Part shown: one piece after another, positions 46,368 through 54,001 of the stretch
Position numbering within the stretch: position 1 is the stretch's first letter
How the letters are laid out: the number at the start of each line of letters is the position of its first letter
IMG/VR virus record: IMGVR_UViG_3300045007_000250
Span: 1 to 64,000 of that record
Source of the DNA: a virus
Length of the DNA: 64,000 bases
Reading direction: 5' to 3' (one strand)
Made by a program: the position numbers and the translations under genes
The notes under the pieces: model-generated
Databases searched by the model: none
What the model was told of the DNA's origin: nothing
Seen by the model: the letters and a program-made list of their open reading frames with translations, nothing else

Positions 46368-48650
46368 ATGCCTTACATTTGCAGCATCACGAAGAACGGA
46401 ATTGCGGTTCACGAAGAGGGCGTGGATCATCACCAGCAGTACGTTTTCTACGTGGACTACGATGACGTGACCAACCGGGTGACGTTGGAAATCCGCGACA
46501 TTGCGGGCAACGTCGTCCTGTCCGTCGTGGAGACCGCGGGCGATCCCACCATGACCGGCAAGCTGGTGGACATGCTCATGGCGTCCATCGCCGCTCTGGA
46601 CTGGCAGGAGAGTGTGCTTGATCGTCTCGCCGCTCCCCCGATGGGTCCGGCGGACGGGGCGCGTTATCTTGCCACGGCCACTGCCGGTGGGTGGACCGTG
46701 GATCACATCTACGAGTGGGACGCCGGTGCGACCGCTTGGGTGGATACGACTCCCAACGAAGGCATGTGCGTGTTTGTGGAATCGGAAAACACCTTCTACC
46801 GCTACGCCGGTGCGGTGTGGGTGACGTTCTTCAACATCACCGACCTCAAGGCTTCGTCCGTGGGTCTCACGGCTTCCGCCGATCCTGAAATCCTCTCGAA
46901 GACCGGCAGTGTTTCTCCGGTGTCCGTGTCGGTTCAGGACATGCTGAATGACCTGATCGTGGTGGCGGGAAGTTTTCAATACACGGCGCTTGATCTACTC
47001 GCTGCTCCGCCGGTGCCTGCTCTGGATGGCGATACCTACGCGGTGGACGTGGGTGCTATCGGCCCGTGGGCGGGACAGGACGGCAATCTGGCGGTGGCCG
47101 TTTTCAGCATGGGCGCGTTCGATCATTGGGACTTCATCATCTTCTCTGGCGGGGAGATGGTGGTGGTGGGTGCCGTTTCCTCCTACGTCATTGTCAGTGA
47201 TGGGGCGGCGGGCTGGTATCAATTCCACGCCATGATTGCCACTCCCGTTCCGGGGACGGCGGATGAGCAGGAGACCTTGGCGCAGAAGGTCGGCGCTCCG
47301 GCGAATCTCGGCGCGGCGACTTTGGCCCTGATCCAATACCTGAACAACATCCAGAGTTTCACGGTTTTGGATTGGACGGATACTCCGCCGATGGCTCCGG
47401 GTGATGGCGATACCTACGCCGTGGCCGCGGGTGCGATTGGTGCCTGGGTTGGGCAAGACGGCACGTTTGCCCGGTGGGATGCGGGTGGCCCGGCGTGGGT
47501 CTTCTTCAACGGGGAGCCGGGTGACATCGTGTATGTCAACGTGGGTACTCCGTACCTGATTCAGTACACCGGCGGGGCGGATTTCGTGAACTTCGGTGCC
47601 GTTCTCCTGGCGGCGGGCATCCCGCTGGTGGATGCCGACAACTACTTCACCACGGACAACGTGGAAGCGGCGTTGCAACAGGTCGGGGAGACGTTGGCGA
47701 ACATCGCGGCGCTTGGCACCGAGATCATGTCGGTGATTCTGATTGCCAATGACGATCCGGTTCCGGCCAATGATGGAGACACCTACGCTGTTGGTCCTGC
47801 CGGTATCGACGGCTGGCTTGGGCATGACAACGAGATCGCTGTGGCGGTCTTTTCTATGGGCGCGTTCGATCATTGGGACTTCATCACGATGGACGACGGC
47901 CACATGGTCTATCGTGAGGACTACGCGCAAATCTACATCAAGGACTACACCACGCACGCCTACATCCCGGCGTCCGAGTTCTTTGTGCCGGTGGACGCGA
48001 TCTACTGGCAGTATGACGCGGACGGTGTTCTTCGGTGGCAGACGGGCATGGCGGAGCAGGTGCGCAATCAGGGTCACATCGGGAAAGCGATCTGGACGCC
48101 CGTTAACAACCCATCGAACGGCGACACCGTGACCATCGGTGCGGACACCTATGAGTTTGACGACGGCGGTGGTGTCGGTCCCGGCAACATTCAAGTGCTG
48201 ATTGGCGTTGCTCTGACGAACACGCTGGACAACCTCGTTACTGCGATTGATGTCAACGGTACGCAGAATGTCGTCGGTGCCAATACCGGCGGAACGGCGC
48301 TGACCTTGGAGACCGCGATTTCGCCTGGCGGCGCGGTTCTTTGCGGTGTGCTTCCCGCCGTGTCCGGGTCTGTCCCCGCAGATGTGTGGGTGGTGTATGC
48401 CACCGGCAAGGTTGTGGGTGGGCGGCATACGATTGGGGAAGTGGGGTTGACCACGGCGAACATCGCTGCGGCTTTCGACATCGACTTGGACTTCACTCCG
48501 ACGTGGTGCAAATTCAGTGTGTACGACGCTTCCGGTGTGCCGGTGGCGCTTGACAGTGCGAGCATGGTGGTGGGCGCGTCCAAGGTGACGTTCGATCCCG
48601 ACAACGACTGCGCTGACACCAATGTTCTGGTGTTTGAAGCGGGCAACTAG
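46368..48650 (+). CDS. Acidic virion/fibre-associated protein with four DUF2793-like repeats
   Basis: Repeats of PP..P.DGD.Y.V...A.G.W.G.DG..A...W.F. Confidence 0.75.
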   Translation: MPYICSITKNGIAVHEEGVDHHQQYVFYVDYDDVTNRVTLEIRDIAGNVVLSVVETAGDPTMTGKLVDMLMASIAALDWQESVLDRLAAPPMGPADGARYLATATAGGWTVDHIYEWDAGATAWVDTTPNEGMCVFVESENTFYRYAGAVWVTFFNITDLKASSVGLTASADPEILSKTGSVSPVSVSVQDMLNDLIVVAGSFQYTALDLLAAPPVPALDGDTYAVDVGAIGPWAGQDGNLAVAVFSMGAFDHWDFIIFSGGEMVVVGAVSSYVIVSDGAAGWYQFHAMIATPVPGTADEQETLAQKVGAPANLGAATLALIQYLNNIQSFTVLDWTDTPPMAPGDGDTYAVAAGAIGAWVGQDGTFARWDAGGPAWVFFNGEPGDIVYVNVGTPYLIQYTGGADFVNFGAVLLAAGIPLVDADNYFTTDNVEAALQQVGETLANIAALGTEIMSVILIANDDPVPANDGDTYAVGPAGIDGWLGHDNEIAVAVFSMGAFDHWDFITMDDGHMVYREDYAQIYIKDYTTHAYIPASEFFVPVDAIYWQYDADGVLRWQTGMAEQVRNQGHIGKAIWTPVNNPSNGDTVTIGADTYEFDDGGGVGPGNIQVLIGVALTNTLDNLVTAIDVNGTQNVVGANTGGTALTLETAISPGGAVLCGVLPAVSGSVPADVWVVYATGKVVGGRHTIGEVGLTTANIAAAFDIDLDFTPTWCKFSVYDASGVPVALDSASMVVGASKVTFDPDNDCADTNVLVFEAGN

Positions 48651-48721
48651 GCGGGCGGCTTCCTTCTCTGCCATCGTGAACCCCTAAAGGGCCGGGTTGG
48701 TGCTCGGCCCCCCTTTTATGC

Positions 48722-48750
48722 TTGACACGCCATCTTTGACCTGATAGAGT
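48722..48750 (+). promoter_or_regulatory. sigma70 promoter of the lysis cassette
   Basis: TTGACA-17-TAGAGT, just after hairpin and T-run at 48687-48718. Confidence 0.65.
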
Positions 48751-48782
48751 TGAAAATGGTTGACAACTCTTAGGGGATCAAT

Positions 48783-49058
48783 ATGGCGGAACAGAACGGG
48801 AAACTCGGTGGCCGGAAATTTTGGGCGTTGAAGTTCGTTCTTGTGCTCGCCTTTCTCTCCTTCATCCTCTCCCTTGTGACCATCATTGTGAAGCCGACTA
48901 TTGCGCAGCAGGTGGTGGACCTTGCGGGCAGCTTGGGAACCACTCTGCTTGTGGTGGGCGGCGGTTACATCGGTGCGCAGGGGGTGGTGGATTATCGTAG
49001 CGTGCAAGCGAATGCACAACCGGCGGCGGTGGCACCGGTGCCTCCGCCTGCTCAATGA
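48783..49058 (+). CDS. Putative holin
   Basis: Two TM segments, RKFW N terminus, precedes endolysin. Confidence 0.7.
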   Translation: MAEQNGKLGGRKFWALKFVLVLAFLSFILSLVTIIVKPTIAQQVVDLAGSLGTTLLVVGGGYIGAQGVVDYRSVQANAQPAAVAPVPPPAQ

Positions 49059-49065
49059 GGTACCT

Positions 49066-49869
49066 ATGTTGCTTCAAGAAGGATCGCGTGGACCCGAAGT
49101 GGCGGAGATGCAGGGCATTCTCTTGGCGCATGGTTTCGGTGTCGGGCGCATGGTCGTCAACGGTGTCCTGGACGACCCAACGATGGATGCTCTGCTTTAC
49201 TTTCAACAGACGCATTTGAACTCCGAGGGGCGTTTTCTTGAGCCGGACGGGAAGGTGCTGGTGGGCGGCACCGAGACGTGGTGGGCGCTTTACAATGCTT
49301 CCGGTGATGCGCAGCGCAATTATTTCGACCCGTTCATTCCCGAAGGAGTCTCCGGCATGGCGCGGGCCATTCTGGAAGTCGCGTTGGCGGAACATGCCAA
49401 GGGCGTCCGCGAAGAGCCGGATGGGTCGAATTGGGGGCCGGAGATTTCCAAATACGGCGGTCAACCAGGCTGGCCGTGGTGCTGTCTTTTCACAAGTTGG
49501 TGCGAGATGATCGCCTATGGTGCGTATCCCTTGGGGGCCAAGTACGCGCTTTGCGCGGCGGCGTGGAAACGGGCGAAGGAGATGGGGCGGACGTTTACCG
49601 CCGTGCGGGGCCAACTCCGTCCGGGACAGCAATTTATGATCCTGCGCGGGGATGGCACCGGGCATACCGGCTTCATCGCCGCGGTATCGGCGGACGAAAC
49701 CGTGGTGAACACGGTGGAAGGCAACTGTGGCAATCGCGTGAAAGTCGGCCAGCGTCCTGTGTCTCAGTTCGCCGGGGTGATTGACTTCTTCGATCTTCCC
49801 CTGAACTCCATGTGGTTCGAGCGAGGTCTTTTTTCCGCGAAACCCGTGGGGCAGGACGGCACAAGATGA
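49066..49869 (+). CDS. Endolysin: peptidoglycan-binding plus CHAP domain
   Basis: LQEGSRGPEV..Q..L...T..A...FQ; PWC, GHTGFI, TVEGN. Confidence 0.88.
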   Translation: MLLQEGSRGPEVAEMQGILLAHGFGVGRMVVNGVLDDPTMDALLYFQQTHLNSEGRFLEPDGKVLVGGTETWWALYNASGDAQRNYFDPFIPEGVSGMARAILEVALAEHAKGVREEPDGSNWGPEISKYGGQPGWPWCCLFTSWCEMIAYGAYPLGAKYALCAAAWKRAKEMGRTFTAVRGQLRPGQQFMILRGDGTGHTGFIAAVSADETVVNTVEGNCGNRVKVGQRPVSQFAGVIDFFDLPLNSMWFERGLFSAKPVGQDGTR

Positions 49870-50063
49870 GAAAGCGCCTGCTTTTTCTGGCGTGGTGGTT
49901 TGAGACGGTGTACCCCGTATTACAGAAGCCGGATGGTACTCCGATTCTGAATCAGCATGGTACGTCGGTTCAAGACGATTTGCGACGGTGGGCGCGCTCT
50001 CTTTGGTGGAAACGCCTTTTTCTTTTCGGGGCCGGGGTTGTCCTGGGGTTGCTGATTGAGTGA
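49866..50063 (+). CDS. Small membrane protein
   Basis: C-terminal TM; overlaps the endolysin stop. Confidence 0.5.
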   Translation: MRKRLLFLAWWFETVYPVLQKPDGTPILNQHGTSVQDDLRRWARSLWWKRLFLFGAGVVLGLLIE

Positions 50064-50412
50064 TCCGAAGTATCAGTTTCACCAGAAACAGACCGCGTGG
50101 GCATTGAACATTTCCACGTCTCGTTTGACTTTCTTGCGTCGTGTCGGGAAGTTTCCTGCCACCGGTCGGGATGGGACGGGTTTTTTGTGGTCCGCCGCGG
50201 CGATTATGGAGTGGGCGGGCCGAAAGAAGGGTGAACAGGCGGACGCTTACCGTAGTATGGTGTCCGAGCGATTGCGGGCTTTGATGTATGATGGCAAAAC
50301 GTCGGCGTCTCTACACGCACCGGGGGGACGCCCCAAGAGAGAGGAAGAAACAAATGCTGCTGACGGGTACGGAGATTCGCAAGGCGATGGAGGAAGGGCG
50401 GATCATCGTTGA
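50056..50412 (+). CDS. Excisionase/AlpA-like winged HTH protein
   Basis: TAWALNISTSRL..LRRVGKFP...W....I..W. Confidence 0.55.
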   Translation: MSDPKYQFHQKQTAWALNISTSRLTFLRRVGKFPATGRDGTGFLWSAAAIMEWAGRKKGEQADAYRSMVSERLRALMYDGKTSASLHAPGGRPKREEETNAADGYGDSQGDGGRADHR

Positions 50413-51019
50413 TCCTCTCACCCCGGAGCATGTTGGGCCAAACTCGGTGGACTTGACGTTGGCCGACGTGCTAATTCTCTATGAGCTTGCGCTGGATGAC
50501 GGGATCATTCGACAGCAGGCGACCCCGGATGGGAAGCAGTTGGTGTTGCCGATTTTCTTGGACACGGCCAATGCGCAACACCCATCCTTGTCCTTGAAAA
50601 TTCCTGAATCCGGTCTCCTACTTCGCCCCGGCAAATTCTACTTGGCGGCGTGCCGGGAGAGGGTGCAGGCGGATGAGTACGTGGCGGAGATTCAGTCGCG
50701 CTCTTCCGTTACCCGTCTTGGCTTGATTGTTCATGGCGGGGTGGGGGAGATGGGCGCGACGGGAACGTGGACCTTTGGGCTTCAACCGTTGGTGCCCGTG
50801 TACGTTCGCCCTGGTTTGCGTATCTGCAAAATGGTGTTTCACAAGGCGGAAGCCGGTGGGACGCTCTATCGGGGCAAGTACCTCAATGAAACTGGTGTGG
50901 GCGCTTCCAAGATCGGTTTGGACGTGAAAAAGCGTCCCCCTTTGGAAGTTGTGTCGCCCGCCCCGGAGTCTGGCAGTTCCGAACCGGCGAAGCGGAAGGA
51001 GGCGGAAAAAAATTCTTGA
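50354..51019 (+). CDS. dcd: dCTP deaminase / trimeric dUTPase-family protein (atypical active site)
   Basis: MLLTGTEI, GPNSVDLTL, SRSSVTRLGL, YRGKY. Confidence 0.75.
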   Translation: MLLTGTEIRKAMEEGRIIVDPLTPEHVGPNSVDLTLADVLILYELALDDGIIRQQATPDGKQLVLPIFLDTANAQHPSLSLKIPESGLLLRPGKFYLAACRERVQADEYVAEIQSRSSVTRLGLIVHGGVGEMGATGTWTFGLQPLVPVYVRPGLRICKMVFHKAEAGGTLYRGKYLNETGVGASKIGLDVKKRPPLEVVSPAPESGSSEPAKRKEAEKNS

Positions 51020-51044
51020 CAAGCCCTTCATGGCGTGTTAGATT
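51016..51044 (+). promoter_or_regulatory. sigma70 promoter
   Basis: TTGACA-17-TAGATT with GGCGTGT. Confidence 0.8.
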
Positions 51045-51085
51045 TGGGGCATGGTAAGGACTAACCACGAAAGGAGACCTTGACC

Positions 51086-51766
51086 ATGCCAAAGAAGCCG
51101 AAGAAAACCGGAGCGAATTTGTCGCCGGAACCGAAGCCGATGCTGCCCGTTGGCAAAGCGGCCTCGAAAGCCGCTGCAACGGGGCCGCAAGAGCCGGGGG
51201 AGAACGTGCCCTTGTCGCAGGACGCCGCCACCATCTTTGAGGCGTTGCAGACCGTCGTGGGAGACGTGAAAGCCGGAGCCGTGACCACGGATGAAATTCC
51301 GATTTTCGACGCCTTCCGGCAGGGCTTGGACAAAGCCAGTGACGCCTTGAAGGAAGCGATGCGACCGGCTGCAATCGAAGCGGCCAAGGGTGCGGAAGGC
51401 ACGTACCGGTGTGAAACGGGGCAGATCACGTACACCTTCATCCCCGGCAAAGAGACGGTGGAGTACACCGAAGAGACCGTGGCCTACTTGGAGCGTATCG
51501 GTTCCTTGGAAGAGGCGGTGAATCTCACTGCGACTTTGAAGCCGGGTGTGGACGTGAAATCCATGTCCGAAGACGACCTGAAAGTGCTCCAAAGGTTCTT
51601 CATCATTGAGCATGAAGTGGCGCAGGACAAGCTCGCGGCCCTCTTCACGTTGGGCAAGGCGGACCCCGCCGAAGTCGAAAAGACGGTGGTTCGCACCCCC
51701 GGCAAAGCGACGGAGCGCGTGACCATCACGCCCAAACCGGAGATCAAAAAGGCGTTCACGCTCTGA
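51086..51766 (+). CDS. Hypothetical protein
   Basis: AAGGAG RBS after promoter. Confidence 0.7.
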   Translation: MPKKPKKTGANLSPEPKPMLPVGKAASKAAATGPQEPGENVPLSQDAATIFEALQTVVGDVKAGAVTTDEIPIFDAFRQGLDKASDALKEAMRPAAIEAAKGAEGTYRCETGQITYTFIPGKETVEYTEETVAYLERIGSLEEAVNLTATLKPGVDVKSMSEDDLKVLQRFFIIEHEVAQDKLAALFTLGKADPAEVEKTVVRTPGKATERVTITPKPEIKKAFTL

Positions 51767-51863
51767 TTCTCGGCGCGTTGGAAGCGGTTTTGGTCTTGCT
51801 CTAGCACGCGGAAGAGGCTACCATGTTCGGTAGTCTTTTCCGCGTTGCATTCAGGGGTTGACG

Positions 51864-53834
51864 ATGTTGCCGATTACGCCTTTCCAGCTTACCGACACAT
51901 TTCTTGAGCAATACAAACACAAGCCCCCGGCGTGGGGTTACGGAGTAGTTGGATGGCTCACCTTTCTTCGCACATACGCCCGTCCAAAAGAGGGTGGTGG
52001 TGTGGAAGACTGGTGGGAGACCGTAAAGCGCGTGGTGGAGGGGTGTTACGCGGTCCAACGGTATCACTGCGACTTGCATAAACTTCCGTGGAATGGGCAG
52101 AAAGCGCAGCATTCAGCGCAGATCATGTACGACCTGATTTTTCACTTCAAATTCCTTCCGCCGGGCCGTGGGTTGTGGGCGATGGGCACTGACTATGTGT
52201 GGACCCGTGGTGCGGCTTCCCTCAATAATTGTTCTTTCTATTCCACGAGGGATATTCGACAGGACTTTGCCGCGCCTTTCCTCTTTTTGATGGACATGAG
52301 TATGGTCGGTGTGGGTGTTGGTCTGGACACCCGTGGTGCAGGCACTTGCACTATCAAGCACCCGCCCGGTCAGTCGTCCAATCCTTTCGTGGTGGAAGAT
52401 TCGCGGGAAGGGTGGGTGGCGTCGGTCAAAGTTCTTTTGGATGCCTTCTCCGGCAAGGGTCCATTGCCTAGCGGCTTTGATTACTCGCGGGTGAGACCGG
52501 CGGGGAGTCCATTGCGGGGTTTCGGTGGGGTGGCTTCTGGTCCCGGTCCTTTGGAGGAGTGCCACGATGCTCTGCTTGGTCTTTTTACAGATCACATTGA
52601 GAGGCCGGTGACTTCCCGGATCATCGTGGACATGGCCAACATTCTCGGTCGGTGCGTGGTGGCCGGGGGCATTCGTCGGACGGCGGAGAACATCTTGGGC
52701 GCTCCCGATGACGCCGAATTTTTGGACTTGAAAAATCCGTCTCTGCATCCCAAGGAGTTGCGGGAGTGGCGGTGGGCAAGCAACAATTCCGTGCTGGCGG
52801 AAGTCGGCATGGATTACTCTCCGTTTGTGGATCGCGTGATGGCGAACGGGGAGCCGGGTTTTTTCTGGTTGGACAACGCACAGCACTACCGCAGGATGGC
52901 CGATCCCCGCGGGGATTGGGACACTTTTGCTCTTGGGTGTAATCCGTGTTTTGAGCAGACGTTGGAATCAGGTGAATTATGCAATTTGGTTGAGACCTTT
53001 CCCGCGCACCATGCTTCTTACGAGGAGTACCAACGCACCCTCAAGTTCGCCTACCTTTTTGCCAAGGTGGTCTCTCTGATTCCCACGCATAACTCCAACT
53101 CCAACGCGATTATCGGTCGGAACAGGCGTGTGGGTACGTCCATGAGCGGCATCACGCAGGCGATTCACAAATTCGGCTTCCGGCAGTTCATGGAGATGTG
53201 CAATCGCGGTTACAACTATCTGCGGCATCTGGACAAGATTTACTCGCGGTGGCTTTGTATCCCCGAATCCATCAAGCTCACGTCGGTCAAACCGTCCGGC
53301 ACCGTCTCGTTATTGGCTGGGGCCACTCCCGGTATTCACTTTCCCAAGGCACAGTTCTACGTTCGCAACATTCGGTTTGATCCGTTGTCACCCCTTTTGG
53401 AAGTCTTGGCCAAGGCGGGGTATTCAACGGAGTCTTCGGTGGCGAAGGATGGTACGGTGGTTGTATCGTTCCCTGTGGAACAGCCGCACTTTTTGAAGTC
53501 AGAGGGGAACGTCTCCTTGTGGGAGCAGATGGAATTGGCCGCGCAGATGCAGCATTGTTGGGCGGACAATCAGGTGTCTATCACCGTTGCTGTGCGTGAT
53601 CGTGATGCGGCAGACCTGCCTCGGTGTCTTTCCATGTACGATACTCGTTTGAAGAGCGTGAGCTTCATTCCAGAGGGGAAGAAGCACGGCTTCAAGCAGG
53701 CTCCATACATTCCGATTACGGAAGACGAATACAAGGAGATGAGGGCGAAGATCAAACCCCTCAAGGGGATGGCCGGAGCCGCGGCCCATGAGGTCACGGA
53801 AAAGGGTTGTGATGGCGAAACCTGCACAATCTGA
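51864..53834 (+). CDS. nrdJ: Class II (adenosylcobalamin-dependent, monomeric type) ribonucleotide reductase
   Basis: FLPPGRGLW, LNNC, NPCFEQ, ELCNLVE, KPSGTVS, C-terminal CDGETC; no beta subunit gene in the window. Confidence 0.93.
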   Translation: MLPITPFQLTDTFLEQYKHKPPAWGYGVVGWLTFLRTYARPKEGGGVEDWWETVKRVVEGCYAVQRYHCDLHKLPWNGQKAQHSAQIMYDLIFHFKFLPPGRGLWAMGTDYVWTRGAASLNNCSFYSTRDIRQDFAAPFLFLMDMSMVGVGVGLDTRGAGTCTIKHPPGQSSNPFVVEDSREGWVASVKVLLDAFSGKGPLPSGFDYSRVRPAGSPLRGFGGVASGPGPLEECHDALLGLFTDHIERPVTSRIIVDMANILGRCVVAGGIRRTAENILGAPDDAEFLDLKNPSLHPKELREWRWASNNSVLAEVGMDYSPFVDRVMANGEPGFFWLDNAQHYRRMADPRGDWDTFALGCNPCFEQTLESGELCNLVETFPAHHASYEEYQRTLKFAYLFAKVVSLIPTHNSNSNAIIGRNRRVGTSMSGITQAIHKFGFRQFMEMCNRGYNYLRHLDKIYSRWLCIPESIKLTSVKPSGTVSLLAGATPGIHFPKAQFYVRNIRFDPLSPLLEVLAKAGYSTESSVAKDGTVVVSFPVEQPHFLKSEGNVSLWEQMELAAQMQHCWADNQVSITVAVRDRDAADLPRCLSMYDTRLKSVSFIPEGKKHGFKQAPYIPITEDEYKEMRAKIKPLKGMAGAAAHEVTEKGCDGETCTI

Positions 53835-54001
53835 AAGAAGGCGATTGCAAAGTTGTCGAAATTGCCGCACAGTATGTGTGGTAAGGGATTCGTCCGGGCT
53901 TTGTGACTTGTGCCGCGGAGTGCCCGTTGCTTCCACGGTTCGCAAGGTGGGTTTCGACAATGAAAGTGTGGTGACACGCACCTTGTTTGGTGGGAGAGAA
54001 G

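Noticed and set aside
47109-47886. Repeat pair as a diversity-generating retroelement TR/VR
   Set aside because: Short, in-frame within one gene, no adenine-specific mismatches, and no reverse transcriptase in the window
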